DNA from: an uncultured Gammaproteobacteria bacterium
Lineage (GTDB): Bacteria > Patescibacteriota > Patescibacteriia > Patescibacteriales > UBA12465
Reading direction: 5' to 3'
DNA length: 64,000 bases
Assembly: GCA_964483295.1 (NCBI GenBank)
Contig: CAZAAD010000002.1
Coordinates: 936 to 64,935 of the forward strand
In this document: in pieces, positions 1 through 9,546 of the stretch
How positions within the stretch are numbered: position 1 is the first letter of the stretch
Layout of the letters: every line of letters begins with the position of its first letter
Made by a program: the position numbers and the translations under genes
The notes under the pieces: model-generated
The model's database searches: none
What the model was told of the DNA's origin: nothing
Seen by the model: the letters and a program-made list of their open reading frames with translations, nothing else

Positions 1-76
1 GACTAAGACTATCGCTTTAGTTCTTGGAGCTATTAAAGCTACTTTGAACGAGGCGAAGCCAGCTGCTAAGAACTAA
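1..76 (+). CDS. rpsB: 30S ribosomal protein S2, C-terminal fragment (gene runs off the 5' edge)
   Basis: The frame starting at nt 2 is open from the window edge (TKTIALVLGAIKATLNEAKPAAKN*) and stops at TAA 74-76. It lies directly upstream of tsf, the conserved rpsB-tsf arrangement. It is too short for a motif-level call. Confidence 0.4.
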   Translation, partial: TKTIALVLGAIKATLNEAKPAAKN

Positions 77-91
77 GCAAATTTTAATATC

Positions 92-123
92 AGGCAAGTC
101 GGCGGCGTGTCCTCGGCTTGCCT
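92..123 (+). promoter_or_regulatory. rpsB-tsf intergenic hairpin without a U-tract (possible attenuator or processing stem)
   Basis: aggcaagtcg (92-101) pairs with cggcttgcct (114-123), giving 10 bp with one G.U and a 12-nt loop. No T-run follows. Confidence 0.3.
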
Positions 124-134
124 AGTTTAACAAT

Positions 135-929
135 ATGGAACTAATCAAAAAATTACGCGACTTAACTGGCGCTGGCATGGTTGATTGTCAGAAAGCTTTA
201 AAGGAAGCGGAAAATGATTTAGATAAAGCAGTAGAAATTTTGCGCAAGAAAGGTATTGCCAAGGCTGCTAAGCGCACTGACCGCGAAACTAACGAAGGCG
301 TAGTTAAGGTGGCAGTTAATGCTGACGGTACTGAAGGCTATGTTTTGGAATTAAATTCAGAAACTGATTTTGTTTCCCGTAATGAAAAATTCCAAGCCTT
401 TGCCGAACAAGTTTTAAATTTAGTTAAAGAAAATAGACCCGCTGACTTAGAAGCTTTACTCACTTTACCAATGGAAGGCTCAACTGTGGCTGACGCTTTA
501 AATAATTTGAGCGGTACGATTGGTGAAAAGATGGGCATTAAGCGTTTTGCTATTATCAAAGGCGACAGCGTAGCAGCTTATTCTCATTTAGGCGGACGCA
601 TGGGCGTTTTAGTGGCTTTAGACCAAGCCGGTAAGACAGAGATTGCCACTGATGTTGCGATGCAGGTAGCGGCTGCTAATCCGAAGTATATTATTCCGGC
701 TGAAGTTTCTGCTGAAGAAATGAATAAAGAAAAGGAAATTTATAAGGAACAGCTTTTGAAGGAAGGTAAGCCTGAGGCAATGGTAGAAAAAATTGTTGAA
801 GGTAAGATGGGTAAGTATTACTCTGAAGTTTGTTTAATGGAGCAGGAGTTTATTAAAGATGATAAGAAAAAAGTTAAAGAAGTTTTAGGTGGCGCTAACG
901 TAACTGAATTTGTTAGATATTCTCTTTAA
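135..929 (+). CDS. tsf: translation elongation factor Ts
   Basis: N-terminal UBA-like motif IKKLRDLTGAGMVDCQKALKEA, followed by KKGIAKAAKR and the EF-Ts core (AAANP, EQEFIKD). Located downstream of rpsB. Confidence 0.95.
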   Translation: MELIKKLRDLTGAGMVDCQKALKEAENDLDKAVEILRKKGIAKAAKRTDRETNEGVVKVAVNADGTEGYVLELNSETDFVSRNEKFQAFAEQVLNLVKENRPADLEALLTLPMEGSTVADALNNLSGTIGEKMGIKRFAIIKGDSVAAYSHLGGRMGVLVALDQAGKTEIATDVAMQVAAANPKYIIPAEVSAEEMNKEKEIYKEQLLKEGKPEAMVEKIVEGKMGKYYSEVCLMEQEFIKDDKKKVKEVLGGANVTEFVRYSL

Positions 930-956
930 GATAAGCTTGGCTATATATCCAACATT

Positions 957-1904
957 ATGAGGATAGTCCAAGTTCAATTTGCTCCTTGGGATAAGGCTTA
1001 TGATTTTTTGAATCCTGACTTAGATTTGGTGTCTGGCGACTACGTCGTTGTTGATACTGAATTAGGTCGGGAATTAGGAAAAGTTGTTGCCTGTCCAGCT
1101 GAGAGCAAACAAAATAATGCAGAAATAAAGCCGGTTTTAAGAGTGGCGACTTTTGAAGATATCGCTCGAATGGCTGATCATGCCAAGAAAGATGAAGCTT
1201 TAACTTATTGCCGTGAAGCCGTAGAAAAGTTTGCTTTACCGATGAAGTTAGTTGATGTGCATTTTTCTTTTGAAGGGAATCGCATGAACTTTGCTTTTAT
1301 TGCTGACGGCCGGGTTGATTTTCGTGAATTAGTGAAGGAATTAGCCGCTCGTTTTGGTGCCAATATCCGTTTAACTCAAATTGGTACGCGCGATGAGGCC
1401 AGAATTACTGGTGATTGCGGGCCTTGTGGGCGCAAGCTTTGTTGCCAAGGTTTCTTGTGTGAATTTTCTTCAATTACCTCAGAGATGGCCGAAGCTCAGC
1501 AAGTAGTGCACCGCGGTTCAGAAAGGATTTCTGGTATGTGCGGTCGCTTGATGTGTTGTTTAGCTTTTGAATATGAGGGTTATAAAGAAATGGCTGGTAA
1601 ATTACCGCCTATAGGAACTAAGGTTAATATTGATGGTGTTAGAGGCATGGTTTGTGGACATCATATTTTAAAACAAACCATAGATGTTAAAATTCCTCCC
1701 GAAAGACCGGACGAAATAGAAGTAACGATTGAAGTTGATATTAACCGTCGTGAGCGCCAGAAGAAAGAACAGGAGAAACGGGCGCAAGTAGATTTTACTG
1801 ACCCATTTACCACTACTACTGGTAGCAGTCACGCGCCTCGGGAAGAAGCGCAAAAAAATAATCGTTCTTATAATCGCTCTCGCGGTCGTCGCCGCAAGCG
1901 CTAA
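957..1904 (+). CDS. ricT: PSP1 domain protein (YaaT/RicT-like) with an Arg-rich C-terminal tail
   Basis: PSP1-type N-terminus (VQVQF...YDF) and a Cys-rich core GDCGPCGRKLCC...GMCGRLMCCLAFE. The tail is RSYNRSRGRRRKR. Confidence 0.8.
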   Translation: MRIVQVQFAPWDKAYDFLNPDLDLVSGDYVVVDTELGRELGKVVACPAESKQNNAEIKPVLRVATFEDIARMADHAKKDEALTYCREAVEKFALPMKLVDVHFSFEGNRMNFAFIADGRVDFRELVKELAARFGANIRLTQIGTRDEARITGDCGPCGRKLCCQGFLCEFSSITSEMAEAQQVVHRGSERISGMCGRLMCCLAFEYEGYKEMAGKLPPIGTKVNIDGVRGMVCGHHILKQTIDVKIPPERPDEIEVTIEVDINRRERQKKEQEKRAQVDFTDPFTTTTGSSHAPREEAQKNNRSYNRSRGRRRKR

Positions 1905-1910
1905 AATTAA

Positions 1911-1949
1911 ATCACCCTTTTTGCCACTGGCAGAGAGGGTGATTTTTTT
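1911..1949 (+). terminator. rho-independent terminator after the PSP1 gene
   Basis: tcaccct (1912-1918) pairs with agggtga (1936-1942), followed by TTTTTTT. Confidence 0.6.
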
Positions 1950-1975
1950 GTGATGATAGATAAATATGCTATAAT
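1948..1975 (+). promoter_or_regulatory. sigma70-like promoter for gap
   Basis: TTGTGA (1948-1953), 16-nt spacer, TATAAT (1970-1975), 40 nt before the ATG. Confidence 0.4.
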
Positions 1976-2014
1976 ATCTTTAAATAATAATTAATTTTTT
2001 ATTGATAAAAAAGT

Positions 2015-3031
2015 ATGTCTAAGATTAACATTGCTATTAATGGTTTTGGCCGTATCGGCCGGGCGGCTTATAAAGTGATTATTGATAATTTTCCTAATAT
2101 GAACGTCGTGGCGGTTAACGATTTAGCTGAGCCGGCTACTTTAGCACATTTATTAGAGTTTGATTCTTGTTATGGTCGCTACCATCATAAAGTTAGCGCT
2201 ACTAAAGATTCTATTATCGTTGGTAAGTCAAAAACGCCAGTTTTATCTATTAAAGACCCAAGTCAGTTGCCTTGGGCCAAGCTTAAGGTTGATGTCGTTT
2301 TAGAATGTACTGGCAAGTTTCGTTCTAAAGAAGATTTGGTGATGCATTTAGCGGCGGGTGCGAAAAAAGTTATCTTATCTGCTCCGGCTAAAAAAGGTGG
2401 GATTAAAACTATTGTTTTAGGGGTTAATGAAAATAAAGTTACCAAGACCGATCATATTGTTTCCTGTGCTTCCTGTACAACTAACTGTTTAGCACCGGCC
2501 ACAGCTGTTATTAAGCAGAACTTTGGTATTAAGAAAGCCTTAATGACAACCATTCATTCCTATACCGCTGACCAAAATTTAGTTGATGGGCCGCATAAAG
2601 ATTTGCGCCGAGCACGGGCCGCTGCTTTAAATATTGTCCCTACAACTACTGGAGCAGCCGTAGCGACAACAGAAGCAATTCCTTCTTTGCATGATAATTT
2701 TGATGGTTTAGCTGTACGTGTTCCGACGCCGGTTGGTTCACTATGTGATACGGTTTATGTTCTTGGCAAGAAGACAACTGCCGAAACTGTAAACAAAGCT
2801 TTTAAAAAAGCCGCTAGCGGTAAATTAAAAGGCATCATTGAAGCCTCAGAAGAAGAATTAGTTTCTTCAGATATTATTGGTAATCCTCATAGCGCGATTA
2901 TTGATTTGCTTTCAACTAAAGTCGTCGGCGGCGACTTGCTTAAAGTTATTTCTTGGTACGACAATGAGTGGGGTTATTCTAATCGCATGGTTGAGCTCGC
3001 CGCTTATTTAGCCAAAATGATTAAGCGTTAA
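2015..3031 (+). CDS. gap: glyceraldehyde-3-phosphate dehydrogenase
   Basis: NGFGRIGR NAD-binding motif, catalytic SCTTNCLAP, and C-terminal WYDNEWGYS. Confidence 0.95.
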   Translation: MSKINIAINGFGRIGRAAYKVIIDNFPNMNVVAVNDLAEPATLAHLLEFDSCYGRYHHKVSATKDSIIVGKSKTPVLSIKDPSQLPWAKLKVDVVLECTGKFRSKEDLVMHLAAGAKKVILSAPAKKGGIKTIVLGVNENKVTKTDHIVSCASCTTNCLAPATAVIKQNFGIKKALMTTIHSYTADQNLVDGPHKDLRRARAAALNIVPTTTGAAVATTEAIPSLHDNFDGLAVRVPTPVGSLCDTVYVLGKKTTAETVNKAFKKAASGKLKGIIEASEEELVSSDIIGNPHSAIIDLLSTKVVGGDLLKVISWYDNEWGYSNRMVELAAYLAKMIKR

Positions 3032-3052
3032 TAAATTAATAATTTTAAAAAT

Positions 3053-3790
3053 ATGAGATTAAATAATAAAGTCGCGGTTGTGACCGGAGCTGCTTCTGGC
3101 ATTGGTAAGGCGGCGGCTGATTTATTCGTTGCTGAAGGCGCCAAGGTTGTCTATTCCGATATCCATGAGGCACCAGCTGGCTTAGAATTGGCCCCTGGTA
3201 AAGCGATTTACGTTCGTTGCGATGTTTCCAAGCGGGAAGAGGTGGCCGCTCTAGTAGCCGCTGCTGTGGCCGAATTTGGCACTTTAGATGTGATGGTAAA
3301 TAACGCCGGGGTTGGTACTTTGGGCAGTATTTTAGATGTTAGCGAAGAGGTCTGGAATAAAACTATCCAAGTAAATTTACACGGTGTTTTTTATGGCTCA
3401 CAGTTAGCCGCTCAAGTGATGAAAGAAAAAGGCGTTAAGGGTTCAATTATTAATATTAGTTCTATTTTAGGAACGGTTGGCATGGCGGCGACGGTTTCTT
3501 ACTGTGCCTCTAAAGGAGGCGTTGTGCAGCTAACTCATGCCGCTGCCTTAGACTTAGCTCCGCACGGCATTCGGATTAATGCGGTTGCGCCTGGTTTTAT
3601 TGTTACTGGTATGACCGAAGGAGTTTTAGGTGATGATGGTTTTAATCAAATGGTTAAAGCCAACACCCCCTTGGGTTATGTTGGTGAATCAGCTGATATT
3701 GCTAATGCTTTGTTATATTTAGCTAGTGACGAAGCAAAATATGTTACCGGCACGGTTCTGCACGTTGATGGCGGCTGGACAGCTCGGTAA
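3053..3790 (+). CDS. short-chain dehydrogenase/reductase (SDR) family oxidoreductase
   Basis: TGAASGIGKA cofactor motif, NNAG, and catalytic S...YCASK. Length 245 aa. Substrate cannot be called. Confidence 0.85.
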   Translation: MRLNNKVAVVTGAASGIGKAAADLFVAEGAKVVYSDIHEAPAGLELAPGKAIYVRCDVSKREEVAALVAAAVAEFGTLDVMVNNAGVGTLGSILDVSEEVWNKTIQVNLHGVFYGSQLAAQVMKEKGVKGSIINISSILGTVGMAATVSYCASKGGVVQLTHAAALDLAPHGIRINAVAPGFIVTGMTEGVLGDDGFNQMVKANTPLGYVGESADIANALLYLASDEAKYVTGTVLHVDGGWTAR

Positions 3791-3801
3791 GCAACAATAA
3801 A

Positions 3802-4836
3802 ATGCCTAAGCAAGCCGACATTATTACTAAACTGGAGTTTGCGGGATTAACTGGTCGCGGTGGCGCCGGTTTTCCGGTAGCTAAGAAATGGTTAGCCGTT
3901 AAACAGGCTTTAGGAAAGATTAAGAATGGCCGCGGTTATATTATTATTAACGCCGCCGAAGGTGAACCAGGTGTCAAAAAAGATGCTTGGCTTTTAGAAC
4001 ATGAGGCGGAAGAAGTTTTGCGTGGCGTAAAATTAGCTTTAGATTTTTTAGGAAAAGATAAGATTGTTAAAGTTTATCTTTATTGGAGCAAAGCTTATCA
4101 AGTAGCTTTTAGTAAACAAATGGAAGTAGCTTTAGCACTTAAACAATATCGGAGCTTAAAAAATAAGTTAGAATTTTTTCTGAAGCCGAAAGAGCCGTCT
4201 TATATTTGTGGTGAAGAAAGTACGATTTTAAATGTTATTGAAGGCAAGCGTCCTGAGCCACGTTTGCGTCCGCCTTTTCCGGCCGACCATGGCTTATTTG
4301 GTGCTCCGACTTTAGTTAGTAATGTTGAGACTTTTTATAGTGTTAGTTTAGTGGAACGCGATAAATATACCGGTCGCCGTCTTTATACTTTAGCTGGGGC
4401 GGTTAAGCAGCGTGGCGTTTTTGCTTTACCAGCAGAAATGAGTATTGAAGAAGTTTTACGGGCGACTAATAATTATCCAGCCTTTGATTTTTTTGTCATT
4501 GCTGGGGGCGAAGTTTGCGGCGAAGTTTTACGTTCCGATCAGTTATCCGCTCCGGTTGAAGGTTCTGGTTTAATTATGGTTTATGATGTGAAGAAAACCG
4601 ATAAGAAAAAACTTTTAGATTATTGGTTAAAGTTTTATGAGAATGAAAGTTGTGGTGCCTGCACGGCTTGTCGGGAGGGGAGTTATCGCTTACGCGAATT
4701 ATTTTTAGCTAAAAAAATAGATAGCGCGTTGTTTGCGGATTTGTTAGATAACTTAGAAGAATCAAGTTTATGCTCACTGGGCTCATCTTTACCTTTAACA
4801 GTGAAAAGTTTTTTAGAAAATATTTATCATAAGTAA
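3802..4836 (+). CDS. NuoF/HydB-like NAD(P)H-binding iron-sulfur protein, short and divergent
   Basis: GRGGAGFPVAKKW, YICGEES, ESCGACTACREG plus LCSLG (the N3-type 4Fe-4S cysteines). At 344 aa it is shorter than typical NuoF, and the Gly-rich FMN loop before YICGEE reads KEPS. Confidence 0.75.
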   Translation: MPKQADIITKLEFAGLTGRGGAGFPVAKKWLAVKQALGKIKNGRGYIIINAAEGEPGVKKDAWLLEHEAEEVLRGVKLALDFLGKDKIVKVYLYWSKAYQVAFSKQMEVALALKQYRSLKNKLEFFLKPKEPSYICGEESTILNVIEGKRPEPRLRPPFPADHGLFGAPTLVSNVETFYSVSLVERDKYTGRRLYTLAGAVKQRGVFALPAEMSIEEVLRATNNYPAFDFFVIAGGEVCGEVLRSDQLSAPVEGSGLIMVYDVKKTDKKKLLDYWLKFYENESCGACTACREGSYRLRELFLAKKIDSALFADLLDNLEESSLCSLGSSLPLTVKSFLENIYHK

Positions 4837-4840
4837 AACT

Positions 4841-5593
4841 ATGGAAAACAAAAAATTAACTCCGGTCTTTACTATACTGGAAAACTCGGTGTCTCTTTGG
4901 TGGCAACACTTAGTCAAGATTTTAAAACTTTATTGGGAAGGCATTAAGCCAATCCTGATTCCGTTAGTCGTAACGACTGTTTCAATCGTTCTGGGATTTT
5001 TAATAACTGATCGCTTTGTTTCTAACCTGTTTAAGACTTTGGCGGGAGTATCTGGGTTTGTGAGCGTAATTTTTATGGTATATTTTTTGACCAGAGGATA
5101 TATGGCGATTTTCTTTTTGGTTAAGAATGACTATAAGGATGCACCAAAAGAGACTTATCGTGAGACTAAACCTTTGTTTTGGCCTTATATCGGTTTATCT
5201 TTGCTTACTGGGTTATTGATTTTTTTGTGGGCGTTATTATTAATTATTCCGGCTATTATTTTTTCAGTGTTTTATAGTTTAGCCGTTTATGTTTTATTTT
5301 TTGAAGGCAAAAGGGGAATGAGTGCAATTTCTCGAAGCAAGGCTTTAGTTAAGGGTTATTTCTGGCCAGTTTTTGGTCGCTTTTGTTTTTTAATGTTAGT
5401 TGTTTGGTTGCTCATGATTCTACTTATGGCGCCAATTGCCGGTGTGCCCGAAACTAGCGCCTGGTCAATGATTTGGAGCGGAATCATTCAGATTATTAGT
5501 TGGCTGATTTCCCCGATTGCTTTATTTTTCTCGTATAGTATTTATTCGGATTTAGTAAAAATCAAAGATGCTCAACCTCAGATTAAACAATAA
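4841..5593 (+). CDS. polytopic membrane protein of unknown function
   Basis: About 6 hydrophobic segments. Its 3' end overlaps the hydrogenase start by 26 nt. No recognisable motif. Confidence 0.6.
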   Translation: MENKKLTPVFTILENSVSLWWQHLVKILKLYWEGIKPILIPLVVTTVSIVLGFLITDRFVSNLFKTLAGVSGFVSVIFMVYFLTRGYMAIFFLVKNDYKDAPKETYRETKPLFWPYIGLSLLTGLLIFLWALLLIIPAIIFSVFYSLAVYVLFFEGKRGMSAISRSKALVKGYFWPVFGRFCFLMLVVWLLMILLMAPIAGVPETSAWSMIWSGIIQIISWLISPIALFFSYSIYSDLVKIKDAQPQIKQ

Positions 5594-7271
5594 AAAAATT
5601 ACTGCTAGACCTGGGCAGACAATTTTAGATGTAGCTACAGAGCGGGGAATAAAAATCCCTTCTTTGTGTCATCATCCTGATTTAGATGTGCGCGCCAGTT
5701 GTCGCGTCTGTGTGGTAGAAATAAAAGGGCGTGATAAATTAGCGACAGCCTGCTCGACTAAGGTTACTGAGGGCATGGAAATTTTAACTGATTCGCCGCG
5801 CGTCAGAAAAGCACGCCAGCTGAATATTGAATTAATTTTTGCTTCCCATATTGAAAAGTGTGCCGACTGTACTTTGCGTTTTAATTGCGACTTACTTCAG
5901 CTCGCTAGGGACTATGATATTAAGATTACGCGCTTTAATGATAGAAAGAGTAAGCGTAAGACTTATAAATTTGCTAATGCTGTTGAGATAGACGGAACGC
6001 AGTGCATTGATTGTCATAATTGTATTACCGCTTGTAGTCGTCAGGGAATTAATTTTTTAGAAATGGAGGGGCATGGTGTTAATCAAGAAGTCAAAGCTAC
6101 TAGGGCTAAGGGCCAAGCTTGTATTTATTGCGGGCAATGTGCTAATGCTTGTCCGGTGGCCGCCGCGCAAGAACAAGGCGAATGGAAACAGGTTGAAGCT
6201 GCTTTAAAGGATAAAAAGAAAATTGTTGTTGCTCAGTTTGCGCCCGCGGTACGCGTTTCCTTAGGAGAAGAATTTGGTTTGCCTTATGGATTTAATTGCG
6301 CTAAGAAAATAAATACCGCTCTGCATAAATTAGGTTTTGCTTATATTTTTGATGTTAATTTCGGGGCCGACATTACAACAATGACGGAGGCGGAGGAATT
6401 AGTAGAACGCTTAGGCGATAAAAAAGCTGCTGCTCCGATGTTTACCTCTTGCTGTCCGGCTTGGGTCGCTTATGTTGAGCATTATCATCCGGAATTGATT
6501 CCTAATTTAACGTCAGCCCGCTCACCCCATATTCATAGTGCCGGAGCAATTAAAAGTTATTTTGCTAGTAAGCATAAGTTGAATGGTAAAAAAATTGTGG
6601 TTGTTTCTATTATGCCGTGTACGGCTAAAAAATATGAAGCTGCCCGTCCCGAGTTAAAGTATCAAGGTCATCAGTTAGTTAATCACGTTTTGACAACGCG
6701 TGAGTTTGCTTTTTTATTGAAGAAAAATAATATTGATTTAAAGAACTTGCCTGATTCAGAAACTAATCCCTTCTTTAATGATGGTTCTGGTGCCGCCGCA
6801 ATTTATGGTGCTTCTGGTGGTGTAATGGAATCAGCTCTACGCACCGCTGTCTCTCTGGCTTGCGCCAAGACTAAATCAAAAAACAAGCTGTGTGCTAGTC
6901 GTTTAGAGTTTAAAGAAGTTCGCGGGCTGAAGGGGCTGAAAGAAGCCAAGGTTAATTTAGCGGGTCGCCAACTGAAAGTCGGTGTAGTTAATGGAATTGG
7001 CAATATTGAGCGCATCTTGCCAAAACTGCATGAATACCAGTATATTGAAGTGATGGCTTGTCCAGGCGGCTGTTTAGGCGGCGGTGGACAACCAATGCCG
7101 ACAACTAAGGCTATTCGGGAACAGCGTTTAGCAGGGATGTATATGATTGATGCCGGTAAGCCAGTCAGACGGGCTCATGAAAACAAGCCGATGACTGAAT
7201 ATTATTCTTGGGTGAAGCAGAATAAGCTGGCTGCTAAGTTGCTCCACACTAAATTTTCTCCTAAAAAATGA
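5568..7271 (+). CDS. hydA: [FeFe]-hydrogenase catalytic subunit (2Fe-2S, His-ligated 4Fe-4S, 2x 4Fe-4S and H-cluster domains)
   Basis: N-terminal 2Fe-2S ferredoxin fold (CHHPDL...CRVCVVE), HIEKCADCTLRFNC, and two CxxCxxCxxxCP motifs. H-cluster motifs TSCCPAW, MPCTAKKYE and EVMACPGGCLGGGGQP are present. Confidence 0.92.
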   Translation: MLNLRLNNKKITARPGQTILDVATERGIKIPSLCHHPDLDVRASCRVCVVEIKGRDKLATACSTKVTEGMEILTDSPRVRKARQLNIELIFASHIEKCADCTLRFNCDLLQLARDYDIKITRFNDRKSKRKTYKFANAVEIDGTQCIDCHNCITACSRQGINFLEMEGHGVNQEVKATRAKGQACIYCGQCANACPVAAAQEQGEWKQVEAALKDKKKIVVAQFAPAVRVSLGEEFGLPYGFNCAKKINTALHKLGFAYIFDVNFGADITTMTEAEELVERLGDKKAAAPMFTSCCPAWVAYVEHYHPELIPNLTSARSPHIHSAGAIKSYFASKHKLNGKKIVVVSIMPCTAKKYEAARPELKYQGHQLVNHVLTTREFAFLLKKNNIDLKNLPDSETNPFFNDGSGAAAIYGASGGVMESALRTAVSLACAKTKSKNKLCASRLEFKEVRGLKGLKEAKVNLAGRQLKVGVVNGIGNIERILPKLHEYQYIEVMACPGGCLGGGGQPMPTTKAIREQRLAGMYMIDAGKPVRRAHENKPMTEYYSWVKQNKLAAKLLHTKFSPKK

Positions 7272-8710
7272 TTATGAAAATTCCAGGGTATGTCAAAAAT
7301 ACCATCCTAGCACTAGAGAAGGCGGGATTTGAAGCTTATATCGTAGGCGGTTGCGTACGTGATTTTTTAATGGGCAAGGAACCTAAGGATTGGGATATTA
7401 CAACTAACGCTAAGCCGGATGATATTTTACAGGTTTTTCCTGATGGAAAATATGAAAATGGTTTTGGCACCGTGCTTCTACCGATTAGAGAGGGCGAGAC
7501 TTTACTTGATGTTTTAGAAATTACTACTTATCGTAGCGAACAGGGCTATTCTGACAGACGTCATCCTGATGAAGTGAAATTTGAGGATAAACTAGATAAA
7601 GACTTAGAACGTCGCGACTTTACTATTAATGCTTTAGCGCTTAACCCAAAAAATCCTGACGACGTGATTGATTTATTTGGTGGCGAGAAAGATATTAAGA
7701 AAAAAATTATTCGCGCTGTAGGCGAGCCGGTTGATCGTTTTAAGGAAGATGCTTTACGTATGCTTCGCGCCGTTCGTTTTGGCGCCCAACTCGGTTTTGA
7801 ATTAGAACCAAAAACTCAGCGGGCAATTGTAAAATTAGCGGGTAGTCTAAAATTTGTTTCTAAAGAAAGAATTCGCGATGAGTTGATTAAAATTTTAGCG
7901 TCTCAGCGGCCAGCGGAAGGTATTATGCTTTTACATGATTGTAAATTATTACAATATATTTTGCCGGAACTTGAGCAGGGAGTTGATGTTAAGCAAGATA
8001 GGCATCATATCTATCCAGTTTTTAAACATAATATTTTAGCACTTAAGAGTTGCCCGAGTCCTGATTGGCAGGTTCGTTTTGCTGCCTTACTTCATGACGT
8101 GGCTAAGCCGAAGACCAGGAAAATAATTGATAATATTGCGACTTTTTATAATCACGAATATTTAGGGGCGAAGATGACTGACAAGATTATGACGCGTCTT
8201 AGATTTTCTAATGAGGATAGAGAACGCGTGGTTAACCTGGTCAAAAACCACATGTTCTATTATAATGTCGGAGAGGTGACCGCGGCCTCAGTTAGGCGCT
8301 TAATTGTCAAAGTTGGTCGCGAGAATTTAAAAGATTTAATTGACCTGCGCATTGCTGACCGACTTGGTTCTGGTACGCCGAAAGCAATGCCTTATAAGTT
8401 GCGCCACTTGCAGTATATGATGGAAAAAGTGCAACATGATCCGGTTTCGGTGAAGATGTTAAAACTCAATGGCAATGATTTGATGGAAGTTTTAGGGATT
8501 GCTCCTGGTCCAAAAATCGGGGCGATTCTTGATGTCTTATTGGGCGATGTTTTAGAAAATCCTGATTTGAATGAAGCAGAAATTTTAGCAAAACGTGCTC
8601 ACGAGCTTGATAAATTACCATTAGAAGAATTGCGCGCTCAAGCAAAAAGCCTGATTGAGGAAAAAAGACAGGAAGAAGATAAAGATATAAAAAAACAATT
8701 TAAAGTTTAA
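7268..8710 (+). CDS. cca: CCA-adding tRNA nucleotidyltransferase with HD domain
   Basis: GGCVRDFLMGKEPKDWDITT, RRDFTINA, and the HD region LLHDVAKP. There is a 4-nt overlap with hydA. Confidence 0.9.
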   Translation: MIMKIPGYVKNTILALEKAGFEAYIVGGCVRDFLMGKEPKDWDITTNAKPDDILQVFPDGKYENGFGTVLLPIREGETLLDVLEITTYRSEQGYSDRRHPDEVKFEDKLDKDLERRDFTINALALNPKNPDDVIDLFGGEKDIKKKIIRAVGEPVDRFKEDALRMLRAVRFGAQLGFELEPKTQRAIVKLAGSLKFVSKERIRDELIKILASQRPAEGIMLLHDCKLLQYILPELEQGVDVKQDRHHIYPVFKHNILALKSCPSPDWQVRFAALLHDVAKPKTRKIIDNIATFYNHEYLGAKMTDKIMTRLRFSNEDRERVVNLVKNHMFYYNVGEVTAASVRRLIVKVGRENLKDLIDLRIADRLGSGTPKAMPYKLRHLQYMMEKVQHDPVSVKMLKLNGNDLMEVLGIAPGPKIGAILDVLLGDVLENPDLNEAEILAKRAHELDKLPLEELRAQAKSLIEEKRQEEDKDIKKQFKV

Positions 8711-8722
8711 TTAATATACGCT

Positions 8723-9415
8723 ATGAAAAAAATCTTTTTATCGGCAGGGATTATTGCCGCTGCTTTCACGCTTTCAGCTTGTTCCCAGGAAAAAGCTGAA
8801 GAACCAGTTGATCTGTATTCACAGAACAGTAATGTTATAAAAACTACTAATTTACCAACTGAGCCTGCCGGGCCAGTTAATTTAACTTCCACTAATATGA
8901 GAAATTTAGACGGCCAACAAGATTTAGCTCAAGAATATTCTCAAGCTATTTTAAAAACTAGCCTAGGTGATATTACGGTTAAGTTTTATAGTGATGAGTC
9001 GCCAATTACGGTTAATAATTTTTTAAATCTTGCACAATCTGGGTTTTATAATGGAACCAAGTTTCATCGCGTTATTAAAGATTTTATGATTCAGGGTGGT
9101 GATCCTAATAGTAAGGGCGAGAATACCAATATCTATGGTACCGGTGGACCAGAATATCGTTTTGCGGATGAGTTTAATAACAAGAAATTAGTTGCCGGTA
9201 GTCTGGCAATGGCTAATGCGGGTCCTGGTACTAATGGTTCCCAGTTCTTTATTGTGACGGCCGCGGAAACTCCTTGGCTTGATGGTATGCACACCAATTT
9301 TGGTGAAGTAGTGGAGGGCATGGAGATTGTTAAAGCAATTGAGGGAGTTCAGACTGGTGCGCGCGATATTCCAGTTGAGCCGATAGTTGTTAATACTGTT
9401 GAGCTAGTAAAATAG
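8723..9415 (+). CDS. cyclophilin-type peptidyl-prolyl isomerase, predicted lipoprotein
   Basis: Signal peptide with lipobox LSAC. Cyclophilin motifs FHRVIKDFMIQGGDP and GSQFFIV. Confidence 0.9.
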   Translation: MKKIFLSAGIIAAAFTLSACSQEKAEEPVDLYSQNSNVIKTTNLPTEPAGPVNLTSTNMRNLDGQQDLAQEYSQAILKTSLGDITVKFYSDESPITVNNFLNLAQSGFYNGTKFHRVIKDFMIQGGDPNSKGENTNIYGTGGPEYRFADEFNNKKLVAGSLAMANAGPGTNGSQFFIVTAAETPWLDGMHTNFGEVVEGMEIVKAIEGVQTGARDIPVEPIVVNTVELVK

Positions 9416-9443
9416 TTTAAAATAGAAAAATTATTTATAAAAA

Positions 9444-9468
9444 ATACGGGCCAGCCCCGTATTTTTTT
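9444..9468 (+). terminator. rho-independent terminator after the PPIase gene
   Basis: atacggg / cccgtat stem with a 5-nt loop, then a T7 run. Confidence 0.6.
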
Positions 9469-9482
9469 AGGTCGTTTTTAAT

Positions 9483-9511
9483 TTGACTTAAATCATTTTT
9501 TCTGTTAATAT
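9483..9511 (+). promoter_or_regulatory. sigma70-like promoter for guaB
   Basis: TTGACT (9483-9488), 17-nt spacer, TAATAT (9506-9511). Confidence 0.45.
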
Positions 9512-9522
9512 TTCTGGAATTG

Positions 9523-9546
9523 AAAAATTCAAAAATTCAAAAATTC
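9523..9546 (+). repeat. 3 x 8-nt perfect tandem repeat (AAAAATTC) in the predicted guaB leader
   Basis: aaaaattc aaaaattc aaaaattc is read directly. It lies between the predicted -10 box and the ATG at 9580. Confidence 0.8.
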
